NCBI GenBank assembly: GCA_965225915.1
Contig: OZ245326.1
Span: forward strand, 2,616,701-2,680,700
Origin: a bacterium
GTDB lineage: Bacteria; JAAXHH01
Direction: 5' to 3'
Length of the DNA: 64,000 bases
Part shown: piece by piece, positions 53,949-64,000 of the stretch
Layout: every line of letters begins with the position of its first letter
Numbering within the stretch: the stretch's first letter is position 1
Notes under the pieces: model-generated
Told to the model about the DNA's origin: nothing
Database searches by the model: none
The model's input: only the letters and a program-made list of their open reading frames with translations
Made by a program: the position numbers and the translations under genes

Positions 53949-54016
53949 GTTTCGCCGGGGTCGTCCAGCGGCGCTCGTTGTCAGTTGACAATCAGGAAGC
54001 AGTAAATGGACGGCCG

Positions 54017-57000
54017 TCAGGCGGGACGCCGGATCCTGGCCACAATGCCCCGCCACCAGATCCTGAGGTCTTCAAAGGCGCTGTAGACCAGGGGAAGCGC
54101 GATCATGGCGCCGATGGTGGAGAAGATCAGGCCGCCCATCACGGATCGGCCCATGGGATAGTAGGGCAGGTCGCCCAGGGAGGCGTTGCCGATGGCCATG
54201 GGCAGCAGGCCGAGCATGGTCGTAAGCGCCGTCATCAGGATCGGGCGAAGGCGGTCGCGTCCCGCCTGGATGATCAACTCCCGGCCCTTCAATCGACCCT
54301 CCCGCTCCAGGTGCTTGATGTGGTCGATGAACACGATGGCGTTGTTGACCACCACCCCGATCAGGATCACCACGCCGATGAGCGCGAGCACCGACATGTC
54401 CGTTCCGGTGGCCCACAGCATCCAGTAGCATCCGAAGAACGCGAAGGGAATGGATACGAGGATGATGATGAGGGGGTCGATGTAGGACTCGAACAGGGAC
54501 CCCAGGAGCAGCAATACCGCAACCAGTGCCAGCATGATGGCAGTCACCATTGCGGCCGTGTCTTCATCCAGCTGTTCCCAGCGTTCCCCCAACCGCCAGG
54601 AATAACCCCTGGGCAGCGCCAGGTCCGCCAGGCTGCTACCTATTTTGTCACCAAGTGTCTCTATACCCTCGGTCGTGGTGTTGGCACGGACCATCAGGAT
54701 GGTCTCGCTGTCCCGCCGGAAGATGGTCCTGAACGCGGGAGTCTGGGTGAAACTCGCCATGGCGGCCAGCGGCAGTTGCGTGCCATCGTCCAGGTAGACC
54801 GCCTGGTCCCGAAGCTGGTGGACGGTTTCCCGGTCCTCCTCCATCGTCTGCATCCTGACCCGGATCTCCCTGTCCTCCGTCTTCAACCGCTTCAGCTCGT
54901 TCCCCCGGATGCCCGACAGCGCCATGTCGGCGATACGACGAGGTGTCAGGCCGAATTTGCCGGACATCTCGCGGTCCACCGTTACCCGAACCTCGTCCTG
55001 CGTCTCTTCGTTGTCGAGGTCGGTGGTGATCGCCGTGATTTCGGGCAGTTGGCTCAAGCGCGCGCTCACGTCCTCCGCGATTTGTTCGAGACGCCTGGGA
55101 TCTTCGCCGCTCAGCGCGATACTGACCCTTGGATCTTCCTCACCGCCCTCGCCCCATCTCCACTTAACGACCAGCCCCGGTATCTCGGGAATGGTCTTTC
55201 GGATGATCTTGGCCACGTCTTCCGACGACCGGTAGGTTTCCGCCCCTCCCTGGGTGCCTAGAATCACCAGTATGGCCGCGTACAACGCAGTAAGCACAGC
55301 AAGGGCCTGAAAAGCGTAAGGCTTTCTCCTGAATAGGAAAAGCAGGCAGGCGCATACCGCAAGCGAGACCCATATCCATGGTTGCTTTGCCCTTTGAAGC
55401 AGTCCCTCCCAGACCGAGTCGTCCTGTCCGCTTTTGAGAAAAACCTCGAACCATATCCGGCTGGACCGGAAGTCCGATCGTACGGCCTTGATGTTCAACG
55501 AGTCCGCCGCGGCGAGCCACTGGTTTTCCAGGTCAACCGCAAATCGCTCGGTTTCCGCCATGTCGGCGAACTGACCGGGTTCGATATACATCCAGACCCG
55601 CCGCTGGTCCGCTGGCTTGTTGTCCATCGTGACCCTGCTCATCGGCAAGATAAAGGTGAGTGCGACGAATCCCGCCATGATGAGCGCCACGTCGAAACGA
55701 TGGTTCAATACCCATCCGATCACCGCGGCGTATCGACGCTCCAACGCTTCCAGTAAACCGATGTTCGGCGGAGCTCCGTCTTTCAGCAACCGGGATGCCA
55801 GCAGCGGAATGAAGGTGAGCGACATCACCAGGGACGAGATCAGCGACACGGTGATGACCAGCCCCAACTCCTTCATCTGCGTCTGGGCACCACCGCCTCC
55901 GATAAAAAGCAGGGGCAGGAACACGATGGCCGTCGTCAGCGTGGCGGCGCTGACAGCCACCGATACCTCGCGTGCGCCCTGTATAGCCGCCTTTACGGGT
56001 TCCAAGCCCTGACGGCGCAGTCTGACGATGTTTTCCAGTACCACCACGGCATTGTCCACCAGCATGCCTATTCCGAGCATCAGTCCCATGAGCGATATAA
56101 GGTTGAGGGACAGGATCTGGTAACGGGCATTGACGAAGTACATGACCGTAAACGTCACCAGGATGGAAGCGGGAATGGACGAGGCTATGATGAAGGTCGT
56201 CCGGTACCTTCTCAGAAAGAAAAACAGGACGCCCAGGGCGAAAAGGCCTCCCCACATGCCGGCGGTTCCAAGCGCATTGAGGGAACTCAAAATCCAGGAG
56301 GCCTGCTCGAAGTAGACGTAATAGGTCAGACCGGGCCACCGGGGATCCCTGGTCAGGTCGTCGAGTGTGGCCTTCACGGCCGCAGAGACTTCCACGGTGT
56401 TGGCGTTGGATTCCTTACTGATGACCATGCCGACGGCGTCTTGGCCGTTGAGGCGGAACCTCCGGCGGACCGTGGGCTTCCGGTAGGACACCTGGGCGAC
56501 GTCGCTGAGCCGGAGTCCCCGATCATTGATGGGGAATCCCTGGATGTCTTCCACAGATTCGAAGGCCCCCGTAAGCCTGACGATATAACGAAAACCGCCG
56601 TCTTCCACGTAACCGCCCGGTGAATCCATGTTGGCCTGCTCCATGGCGTTTACGAACTGCTCCGCGTTCACCCGGTACGCCTTGAGCAGGTCTTCATCCA
56701 GATCGATGATAACCTGCCGCGACTGCGATCCCCATGTGTCGATACCCGCTATGCCGTCGATCCGTTCCATACGGGGACGGAGCTGTTCGTCGACGACCTG
56801 GTACAAGGCTTCCTGATCGCCGTGCCAGGACAGCGAGAGGAACATGACGGGGATATCGGTGCTGGAGAACTTCCGGACCCAGATTCGATCGATATCGTCC
56901 GGCAGCGAAGGCCGCACCCGTTCCACGCGGTCCCGGACCTCCACGTAGGCCAGCTTCATGTCGGTGTCGGGATCGAAAACAAGGTTGACGTTAACCCCGC

Positions 57001-57280
57001 TGGTCCTCGCGTTTGATTCCACGCGTCGCAGGCCCCGCAGGGTTTTCAACTCACCCTCCAGCGGCCTGGCGATGAGATGCACGTTGTCCTCGGGCGTGGA
57101 ATTGGGATAGGGGACCCAGACGTTCATCCACGTCGAATCCTGCGCCGGTATAAATTCCAACGGAAGAAGGCGGAAGGATATCGCCCCGAACAGGATCGCG
57201 CTGACCAGGACCATGAACACGGTTACGGGCCGGCGGAAGGCGAAGGCGGTCCAGTTGTCAGGTGTTAGAAATCTGAACAT
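54017..57280 (-). CDS. RND efflux permease subunit (AcrB/HAE-like), 1087 aa, with extra hydrophobic hairpin
   Basis: Canonical RND blocks (GMLVDNAVVVLENI, IGVVVNNAIVFIDHI). An additional pair of hydrophobic helices lies at aa ~634-675. Confidence 0.9.
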   Translation of the reverse strand: MFRFLTPDNWTAFAFRRPVTVFMVLVSAILFGAISFRLLPLEFIPAQDSTWMNVWVPYPNSTPEDNVHLIARPLEGELKTLRGLRRVESNARTSGVNVNLVFDPDTDMKLAYVEVRDRVERVRPSLPDDIDRIWVRKFSSTDIPVMFLSLSWHGDQEALYQVVDEQLRPRMERIDGIAGIDTWGSQSRQVIIDLDEDLLKAYRVNAEQFVNAMEQANMDSPGGYVEDGGFRYIVRLTGAFESVEDIQGFPINDRGLRLSDVAQVSYRKPTVRRRFRLNGQDAVGMVISKESNANTVEVSAAVKATLDDLTRDPRWPGLTYYVYFEQASWILSSLNALGTAGMWGGLFALGVLFFFLRRYRTTFIIASSIPASILVTFTVMYFVNARYQILSLNLISLMGLMLGIGMLVDNAVVVLENIVRLRRQGLEPVKAAIQGAREVSVAVSAATLTTAIVFLPLLFIGGGGAQTQMKELGLVITVSLISSLVMSLTFIPLLASRLLKDGAPPNIGLLEALERRYAAVIGWVLNHRFDVALIMAGFVALTFILPMSRVTMDNKPADQRRVWMYIEPGQFADMAETERFAVDLENQWLAAADSLNIKAVRSDFRSSRIWFEVFLKSGQDDSVWEGLLQRAKQPWIWVSLAVCACLLFLFRRKPYAFQALAVLTALYAAILVILGTQGGAETYRSSEDVAKIIRKTIPEIPGLVVKWRWGEGGEEDPRVSIALSGEDPRRLEQIAEDVSARLSQLPEITAITTDLDNEETQDEVRVTVDREMSGKFGLTPRRIADMALSGIRGNELKRLKTEDREIRVRMQTMEEDRETVHQLRDQAVYLDDGTQLPLAAMASFTQTPAFRTIFRRDSETILMVRANTTTEGIETLGDKIGSSLADLALPRGYSWRLGERWEQLDEDTAAMVTAIMLALVAVLLLLGSLFESYIDPLIIILVSIPFAFFGCYWMLWATGTDMSVLALIGVVILIGVVVNNAIVFIDHIKHLEREGRLKGRELIIQAGRDRLRPILMTALTTMLGLLPMAIGNASLGDLPYYPMGRSVMGGLIFSTIGAMIALPLVYSAFEDLRIWWRGIVARIRRPA

Positions 57281-57343
57281 GAGTAACTCGCCATGGGTGA
57301 CCGCGGATCGAAGTGATCGAGGGTCGAGCCCGCATGGCCCCTT

Positions 57344-60300
57344 TTATTTTCGGTCCAAAATCGTATAGATCGTGGGAATCACAATGAGGGTCAGAAAGGT
57401 TGATGCGATCAGCCCGGCGATGACCGTGATGGCGAGAGGCGTGCGTATTTCGGCGCCTTCGCCTATGCCAAGCGCCAGGGGCAGCAGCCCCAGTATCGTC
57501 GTGGCCGTGGTCATGAGAATCGGACGAAGCCTGACCCGACCGGCCATGATAACGGCCTCTATCTTGCCTACGCCGCGCCGCCGCAACTGGTTGATGTAGT
57601 CAACAAGCACGATCGCGTTATTGACCACGATTCCCGCCAGCATGATAATGCCGATCAGGACGATGACGCTGATCGCGATGTCCAGAATATACAGGGTAAG
57701 CAGTACGCCCGACAGGGCAAGCAGAAACGATATCATGATGATGAAGGGGTGCAAGAGCGACTCGAATTGCGACGCCATGACCAGGTAGACCAGGAACATG
57801 GCCATGGCGATGGCAAGCAACATGCTGCGCGACGCGTTGGCCATTTCCCGGTACTGGCCGCCCAGGTCGATACGAAAGTCTTCAGGAAGACGCATCCGGT
57901 CCAGTCTTTCCTGCATTTCCTCCGCCACGCTTCCCAGGTCGATCCCGGTCAGATTGGCCGTCACGAGGGCCACGCGCTGCTGGTCGATCCGGCGGATTTC
58001 ACTCGGTCCCTCGTCGAGGTGGACCCGTGCCACGGCGTTGAGCAACACGGGACTGCGTACCGCCGTGCGGGGGGACGACGAGACATTCGAAGATTCCGGA
58101 TCCTCCGACGAGGGATTCCGCTGTGTTCTCCCGTTCATGCCGGAGTTTCCACGATCGCCCGTATTGACGGCCAGGGCCTTCAGCTGGGCGATCTGCTTTC
58201 GGTCTTCCTCCCGGGCCCTGACCAGGATATCTATTTTCCGTTCCCCCGCCGAAAACCTGGTTGCTACGCTGCCGCGAACCTTGTTCCGGATCGCGGCCGC
58301 CGCCTGTCCGATATCCACGCCGAGGGCCGCCATGCGGTCGCGGTCGAACACGACCACGACCTCGGGATGACCCGCTTCCATCAGGGATCGAACATCCCTC
58401 AGGCCTTCCACGCCGTCGAGGGCACTGACCACCTGGCCGCTGACACTGCGAAGGTCCTTCAGGTTGTAACCCCGTATCTCGACCTCCAGCGGCGTTTTGA
58501 AACTGAACAGGGCCGGCCGGCCGAATTCGACCCTGGCGTCCGGAATGTCCACCAGACGGGACCGCAGCCGGTCCATGACGGCGTCGCTGCCGCCCTCTCT
58601 GATTGCTTCCAGGTCGAGCATGACCGACACACGCGCCACGTTCTCGCGCTCTTCTTCCACGAGCGTGCCGCTGGTCTCCATCGCGCCCACCACGACATAT
58701 ACCTGTTCCACATCCGGATCTTCACGGATCACGGATTCGATCATCGTCGCAATCGCGTCGGTCGCCGCCAGTGGCGTACCGGTGGGCAGTATGAGGTCCA
58801 CCACGAATTCGCCCTGCTCCATTTCGGGGATCAGTTCCGTGCCCAGGCGCGGAATGAGAACCGCGGAGGTCCCGACGATCGCCGCCGCCGCAAGAAGCGT
58901 CGCCGCCCTGTGATTGAGCGCGCGGGTGAGCACGGACACGTACAGTGTCTGGCATCCTCCGAGTCCCCGGTTAAACAGGTACAGCACCGGATTAAATACG
59001 TTGCCCAGTACCCAGGCCAGTCCCCTCAGGATAAACCATACGGGAACGAGCACTGTCAACAGCAGGTTCGGTATGATCGTGAACAGGACCTTCAACGCGC
59101 TGCCGACCAGGAAGCGGACAAGCCGGTAGAAGGGCAATACCAATCGGAAGAGGAAGACGAAGATCCAGCGTGGAATCACCGCAACCACACGCAGCCACCG
59201 GTTCTCGGCGTCCCTGCCCGGCGTCGTCCCACCTTGTCGCACGCTTTCCCACAGCCAGTGGCCGGACAGCGCGAAGAACCTGCCTGCCAGGTACAGGGGG
59301 TAGAATCCGATCCAGTCTGCTATGGAAGGGGTGGCGTCCCCTCGACGCGCGCGGTATTCCACGGCGGTTTCCCGGAACCATTGGAGGCCTGGAAAGGTTT
59401 TCATGAACCAGCGTCCCGCGTCGACCCGGAACCTCCGGGCGAACCACTTTATCGTGCCGCGGCGTTCTTCCGAGGGGGACTGTCTGAAATCACTGAAAGC
59501 CGACTGTATCCAAAGGCCCTGGCCCGCCGCGCCGCCCAACCTGCCTTCCCGCGAAGCCATCATGGGAATGAACGTCAACGCCACCGCCAGGGATGCCAGC
59601 AGGGCGAAAGTGACGGTCAAAGCCTGGTCGGTGAAGATCTGGCCGGCGATGCCTTCAATGAAGACAATGGGTAAAAACACGGCGATTGTGGTGAGGGTCG
59701 ACGCGGTCACGGCCATCCCCACTTCAGACGCCCCGCGTCGGGCCGCCTCGACGATACTGTCTCCTTCCTCCCGGCAGCGGAATATGCTTTCGAGCACCAC
59801 GATGGCGTTGTCCACCAGCATGCCGACACCGAGCGCCAGGCCGCCAAGGGACATGATATTGAGCGTGGTCTGGCTGAAGAACATCAGGATGAAGGTGATC
59901 AGTATCGATACCGGTATGGCCACGGCGACGATGAGCGTGGTTCTGATGCTGCGCAGAAACAGGAACAGGACCAGGATTGCCAGGGCGCCACCCCACTGCG
60001 CCGTTCGAATGACCTCGTTGATAGCGTTTTCGATGAAACGGGACTGGTCCGATACGAGGTACAGCGAGACACCCTCGGGCAGGGTCGCAACGATCGTGCG
60101 GTTTCCATCAGCGGTTAAGTTGCTCCCAGAATCGGCGGTGGATTCCGCCGCTTCCCCGGTGGTTGCGTCTTCCTTTTCAGCAGGGACCTCCTCCTTCATT
60201 TCGCCGGTCGAGACATCGCCGAGCCTTTCCCTGATCGCGCGGGCCACGGTAACCGTATTAGCGTCCGCTTCCTTGAAAAGGGAGACTTCCACGCTTTCCC

Positions 60301-61117
60301 GGCCGTTTATTCTCGTGAGGGTCTTGCGTTCCTTGAAATGACGGCGGACGGTGGCTACGTCGTGCAGGCGGACCGGAACTTCTCCGCGGCTTGAAATGAT
60401 GATCTCACCGATTTCCTCGACGGTCTGGAACTCGTTGACCGCGCGTACGATCAACTCTTCGTCGCCTTCCCGCAGCTGTCCACCCGCCTGGTTGATGTTT
60501 TCCTCGGCGAGACGCCGATTGATCTGCTCGAACGTGAGGCCCAACCGCGTCAATTGCGCCTCGTCGATTTCAACCTGGATTTCTTCGACCAGTCCGCCCT
60601 TCATGCGCACCGAGGCCACGCCGGGTATCGTCTCCAATTGCCTTCGGATTTCCCAGTCCGCCAGGTTTCGAAGCTGGATCAGATCCTCCCCGGACAGGCC
60701 CAGTCGCATGATGGGGTCGAGTTCGGGATTATAACGAAGCAGGAGCGGTCTTTCGGCATCCTCGGGAAGAAAAACGCGGTCCACCCGTTCGCGCACGTCC
60801 ATGATCGCCAGATTCATGTCCGTATCCCAGTCGAACTCGAGCACCACGTCGGACATGCCGGCCCGGGAGATGGAACTGATTTCAACCAGTCCGGTAATGA
60901 CCCCCACGGCTTCTTCGACTCGCCGGGAAACGAGGTTTTCGATCTCCTGGGGAGCGGCGCCTTCGTACTCCGTACGTACGGTCAGCGAAGGATAGGAGAT
61001 GTCCGGCAGGAGGTTGACCGCCAAGCGCTGGAAGGACACGTATCCGAAGATCAGCGCCGCCAGCACCAGCATCGTGATGGTGACGGGCTTGCGAATAGCG
61101 AAGTCAACGATGTTCAT
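57344..61117 (-). CDS. RND efflux permease subunit, 1257 aa, with ~190-aa insertion after TM6
   Basis: Canonical RND blocks (GMLVDNAIVVLESI, GIVVNNAIVLVDYI). Large insertions are present relative to the ~1040-aa AcrB layout. Confidence 0.9.
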   Translation of the reverse strand: MNIVDFAIRKPVTITMLVLAALIFGYVSFQRLAVNLLPDISYPSLTVRTEYEGAAPQEIENLVSRRVEEAVGVITGLVEISSISRAGMSDVVLEFDWDTDMNLAIMDVRERVDRVFLPEDAERPLLLRYNPELDPIMRLGLSGEDLIQLRNLADWEIRRQLETIPGVASVRMKGGLVEEIQVEIDEAQLTRLGLTFEQINRRLAEENINQAGGQLREGDEELIVRAVNEFQTVEEIGEIIISSRGEVPVRLHDVATVRRHFKERKTLTRINGRESVEVSLFKEADANTVTVARAIRERLGDVSTGEMKEEVPAEKEDATTGEAAESTADSGSNLTADGNRTIVATLPEGVSLYLVSDQSRFIENAINEVIRTAQWGGALAILVLFLFLRSIRTTLIVAVAIPVSILITFILMFFSQTTLNIMSLGGLALGVGMLVDNAIVVLESIFRCREEGDSIVEAARRGASEVGMAVTASTLTTIAVFLPIVFIEGIAGQIFTDQALTVTFALLASLAVALTFIPMMASREGRLGGAAGQGLWIQSAFSDFRQSPSEERRGTIKWFARRFRVDAGRWFMKTFPGLQWFRETAVEYRARRGDATPSIADWIGFYPLYLAGRFFALSGHWLWESVRQGGTTPGRDAENRWLRVVAVIPRWIFVFLFRLVLPFYRLVRFLVGSALKVLFTIIPNLLLTVLVPVWFILRGLAWVLGNVFNPVLYLFNRGLGGCQTLYVSVLTRALNHRAATLLAAAAIVGTSAVLIPRLGTELIPEMEQGEFVVDLILPTGTPLAATDAIATMIESVIREDPDVEQVYVVVGAMETSGTLVEEERENVARVSVMLDLEAIREGGSDAVMDRLRSRLVDIPDARVEFGRPALFSFKTPLEVEIRGYNLKDLRSVSGQVVSALDGVEGLRDVRSLMEAGHPEVVVVFDRDRMAALGVDIGQAAAAIRNKVRGSVATRFSAGERKIDILVRAREEDRKQIAQLKALAVNTGDRGNSGMNGRTQRNPSSEDPESSNVSSSPRTAVRSPVLLNAVARVHLDEGPSEIRRIDQQRVALVTANLTGIDLGSVAEEMQERLDRMRLPEDFRIDLGGQYREMANASRSMLLAIAMAMFLVYLVMASQFESLLHPFIIMISFLLALSGVLLTLYILDIAISVIVLIGIIMLAGIVVNNAIVLVDYINQLRRRGVGKIEAVIMAGRVRLRPILMTTATTILGLLPLALGIGEGAEIRTPLAITVIAGLIASTFLTLIVIPTIYTILDRK

Positions 61118-61135
61118 GGGATGGATTCCCGCGCG

Positions 61136-62236
61136 TCAGGGAGATACGATCTTGACCCGCGTACTGTCTTTCATGCTTCGGTGACCGGCGATCACGATCA
61201 GGTCTCCCGGACTGAGCCCTTCTCGTATCTCGGTGAAATCGGCGTCCTGCAGTCCCAGGGTGAGCGCGATGCGGGTAGCCAGGCTGTCCTGCACGGTGAA
61301 GACTTCGTTGTCTTCCAGCAACGCGATTTTTGGGATCAGCAGCACATCCTTGCGCTGGTCGGCGAGGATTTTCACCCGGACGAACATGCCGGGTTTCAAA
61401 CGCCAGCCAGGGTCGTCGATCTTTATCGTTGCTTTGAAGGTACCGTTCTGGGGGTTTATGATTGGGCTTACGCGGAGTATTGCGCCGTCGAACGAGCCGT
61501 CCGGCAGCGTTTCAGTCTCCAGGATGACCTGTTGGCCGGCCGCCACGTGGGACCACTCCATTTCCGGCAGATGGGTGTAGATGAGCAACGTATTCAGGTC
61601 GACCAGGGTGAACAGGGCATCGCCCGGCCTCGCCATGTTGCCGACGTTCTGGTGGCGTTCCGTGATGGTGCCGCTGAAGGGCGCCCGGATGGTCGTCTTG
61701 TCGAAGGCGACCTTGGCGGATTCCCAGTCCGCCCTGGCCATAATGAACTCCCGCTCCTTGGCCTCGTGGTCCACTTCGCTGATGAACTGGCCGTTCAGCA
61801 GGGCCATGGAACGGTCAAACTCCTGCTTCCGGGCTTCCCTGATGGCTTCCGCCCTGGCCAGTGCGACTTCTTCTTCGTCGTTTTCCAGCACGGCAAGAAC
61901 ATCGCCCTGGTTCACGAAGGCGCCTTCCTCGACCCGCATTTCCTCGATCATGCCAGTGGTTCGGGGGAAGATCTGCGCGTCGCGGTCCGCCTCCACGGTA
62001 GCGGTCGTCAGGATGAGGTCGGAAATGGTGCCCAGGGAAGCGGGTATCACGCTCACGGGGACTGGAGGCGGTGCGGTGGAATCGGCTTCAGCCTTGCCGT
62101 CCTCGCCTGTTTTCGTCTTGTCGGCCGTATCGGAACTTGCGTCGCCGCAACCCGCAGCCATGAATGCCGCGAAGATCGCAGTGAAGATGGACCAGTAAAT
62201 TTGTTTTCCCAGTTGAAGATCTCTTAAACGCCCCAT
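61136..62236 (-). CDS. RND efflux periplasmic adaptor (membrane fusion protein)
   Basis: Lipoprotein-like N-terminus (FMAAGC), then the lipoyl/hairpin/beta-barrel layout (GDVLAVLENDEEEVALARAEA...). It lies 18 bp upstream of the first permease. Confidence 0.85.
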   Translation of the reverse strand: MGRLRDLQLGKQIYWSIFTAIFAAFMAAGCGDASSDTADKTKTGEDGKAEADSTAPPPVPVSVIPASLGTISDLILTTATVEADRDAQIFPRTTGMIEEMRVEEGAFVNQGDVLAVLENDEEEVALARAEAIREARKQEFDRSMALLNGQFISEVDHEAKEREFIMARADWESAKVAFDKTTIRAPFSGTITERHQNVGNMARPGDALFTLVDLNTLLIYTHLPEMEWSHVAAGQQVILETETLPDGSFDGAILRVSPIINPQNGTFKATIKIDDPGWRLKPGMFVRVKILADQRKDVLLIPKIALLEDNEVFTVQDSLATRIALTLGLQDADFTEIREGLSPGDLIVIAGHRSMKDSTRVKIVSP

Positions 62237-62450
62237 GATTGCTCCAGGCTACATGCCGGGTGAGTCAGGCCGACGATTACGTCCATCTATGAATATACAT
62301 TAATTCAATACCCATTATTCATGGGAAGTTCCCGCTCACCTGTTCGTTAGACGACGAAGAAGGGGAATTGGTTACCTTAAATTGACGTTCGACGATGGAA
62401 AGTACAGGTCGGGAAGTCGTTAGATCAGGCAGGAACATCAACTTCAGCAC

Positions 62451-63290
62451 TCATCCAGCGGATGCCAGCAGCCGCTCCATGTTGCCGCCGAGTATGAGAT
62501 CCATGTCCTGCTCGGCGATGAAGGTACAGTGGGTACGGACGGCTTCCAGCGATTGCCGGTAGGTGCTCGCAAGGATGACCGGAGGATAGTTGGACGCCCA
62601 GCATAGCCGTTCCGGACCGTAGTATTCGTAGAGTTTGCGGACGATCCAGAGGCTGTCCGAATAGGGGTATTCCCACGCGACTGCCGATGAGTATTGAAAC
62701 CCGGAAAGCTTGAGGTGGATATTGGGTACGTCCGCCGATTCGAGAACTTCGCTCAGCATCGGGCGGGGCGGCGGTTCGCCCACACTTAAACTGGCCATGT
62801 GATGGCACAGAAAAGGCACGGTTGGGAACCGCCGCGCGAGTTTTCTCAGGGCGGGCATCCATACTGGACCCAGGGCCAGCGACACGATCTGGTTGAGTTC
62901 CGCGGCCTTCTCGAAGAACGCCAGGCCTTCCCTGGATTCGAACCAGTCAAAATCGTCCCGTAGATAATGGGTAAAGCCCTTTAACCGGTACTTTCCGACG
63001 GCCTCGGCCAACCTGTCCGCGCTGCCTGGTTCGTGGTATGTGTCGGTCCAGGCGCAATCCACATCGGCGAACTGAATGAGACGATCCGGATACCGATCCA
63101 CACACTCGGCCGCGTAGTCGTTGTTGCCGGGATTGTGATCGATACGGGCGCAGACCAGCACCGCCTTGTCCACGCCAACATCATCCATTTCGTGCAGCAG
63201 CATCTCCGCCCGGCCCCGGTTTTCCGGGTCGGGGGGCACCGGTTCGTAGGGCCAGTAATCCCATGCGTGGGAATGACAGTCGATGATCAT
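62451..63290 (-). CDS. Amidohydro_2-type metal-dependent hydrolase
   Basis: MIIDCHSHAW start and WASNYPP near the C-terminus. AGGAG lies upstream of the ATG. Confidence 0.75.
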   Translation of the reverse strand: MIIDCHSHAWDYWPYEPVPPDPENRGRAEMLLHEMDDVGVDKAVLVCARIDHNPGNNDYAAECVDRYPDRLIQFADVDCAWTDTYHEPGSADRLAEAVGKYRLKGFTHYLRDDFDWFESREGLAFFEKAAELNQIVSLALGPVWMPALRKLARRFPTVPFLCHHMASLSVGEPPPRPMLSEVLESADVPNIHLKLSGFQYSSAVAWEYPYSDSLWIVRKLYEYYGPERLCWASNYPPVILASTYRQSLEAVRTHCTFIAEQDMDLILGGNMERLLASAG

Positions 63291-63329
63291 TGCTCGATTC
63301 TCCTTCGCTTAGTACCGAATTCCTGGTCG

Positions 63330-64000
63330 TCAATACCGGTTGACCACCCATAGTCCGGCCGCCAGCAGCACCAGTCCGCCGGCGAGATACGTCGTTACCT
63401 GGTCTCCAAGGATCAGCCAACTCAGTATGACGCCGAATAGCGGTGTCGTAAAGAAAAAAGAGCTGATCTGGGTGGCGCTGTGCCGCTGTAGCAGCCGTAT
63501 CCATACGAGAAAGCAGAATCCGGCCACGATGGCGCCCTGGTACAATACCGCCGCCACGATGGCCAGGTCGATCGAGACGGGCAGTTGCCATTCGTTCAAC
63601 AACCAGAGGACGGTGAAAACGGGCAGCACGACCACCTGTTGCCAGAAAATCAGCGACACGGGGGAAATGCGTCTGACCAGGACCTTGTTGATCATGATCT
63701 GGATGGCCAGGCATATGGAACTGAAAAGGACGAGCACGTCGCCCAGGGGCGTCGACGGCCCACCTGCTTCGTCGTAAATGGTCATCATCATACCGGCCCC
63801 GGCCAGGCCCAGACCGACGATCTTCACCAGCCTGAGGCGGTCGCCCGGAATGATGTAGTGTGCGATGGCGGCGACGAAAAACGGGTAGGTCTGCATGAAC
63901 AGAACGGCATGGCTTCCGGAGGTTTGTTCGGCGCCGATATTCAGAAACAGGATTTGCGCGGCCATTACCAGGCCGGGAACGACTATGATCAGGCGATCGC
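63330..64000 (-). CDS. EamA/DMT-family transporter (5' end outside window)
   Basis: Repeated hydrophobic helices with an EamA-like pattern. The frame stays open upstream of the listed Met through base 64000. Confidence 0.7.
   Translation of the reverse strand, partial: DRLIIVVPGLVMAAQILFLNIGAEQTSGSHAVLFMQTYPFFVAAIAHYIIPGDRLRLVKIVGLGLAGAGMMMTIYDEAGGPSTPLGDVLVLFSSICLAIQIMINKVLVRRISPVSLIFWQQVVVLPVFTVLWLLNEWQLPVSIDLAIVAAVLYQGAIVAGFCFLVWIRLLQRHSATQISSFFFTTPLFGVILSWLILGDQVTTYLAGGLVLLAAGLWVVNRY

Noticed and set aside
53949-54016. Short palindrome ttgtca-gt-tgacaa between the convergent PhyH and RND genes, considered as a bidirectional terminator.
   Set aside because: The loop is only 2 nt, the stem is 6 bp, and there is no flanking T or A run.
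1-64000. Search for tRNA, rRNA, tmRNA, transposase, integrase or prophage genes.
   Set aside because: No intergenic stretch showed tRNA-like conserved arms (for example GGTTCGAATCC-type T-loops). No ORF showed DDE, tyrosine-recombinase or serine-recombinase motifs. Absence is by eye only; tRNAscan/Infernal would be decisive.

Overview
High-GC (by eye about 60-65%) bacterial chromosomal segment, densely coding, with no rRNA, tRNA, CRISPR array, transposase or integrase that I could recognise. All family calls come from motif reading of the supplied translations; no searches were run. The window is dominated by a catabolic gene set. It holds 12 intact phytanoyl-CoA dioxygenase (PhyH)-family Fe(II)/2-oxoglutarate oxygenase paralogues plus one deleted remnant, two formylglycine-type sulfatases, and two paralogous ~660-aa polytopic membrane proteins of unknown family. 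It also holds a GH89 alpha-N-acetylglucosaminidase homologue, two BNR/Asp-box sialidase-like proteins, a beta-propeller glycosidase-like protein, four Amidohydro_2-type hydrolases, two acetamidase/formamidase proteins and cupins. Other genes include an enolase-superfamily dehydratase, a UxuA-like dehydratase, GGT, PLP enzymes, an HpcH aldolase, TenA, dapD, a TAT-exported sulfite-oxidase-family molybdoenzyme, a family-5 solute-binding protein and an RND efflux operon (adaptor plus two atypically large permeases). Three things stand apart from this background. (1) A sharply AT-rich (~35-40% GC) 1.9-kb islet at 14.7-16.6 kb carries a tightly coupled ABC/AAA_21-type ATPase gene and a small PIN-like gene; I read this as a candidate two-gene defence or conflict module. 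(2) An ECF sigma factor is translationally coupled to a cytoplasmic anti-sigma (zf-HC2) domain fused to an O6-alkylguanine alkyltransferase and an Ada-type zinc methyl-acceptor domain, suggesting an alkylation-sensing sigma/anti-sigma switch. (3) One PhyH paralogue between the two sulfatases has HxG in place of the HxD iron ligand motif, the signature of 2OG-dependent halogenases. A type II restriction-modification pair sits at the left edge. Taxonomy cannot be fixed from the sequence alone; the gene content resembles uncultured marine or sponge-associated heterotrophs, which is inference only.
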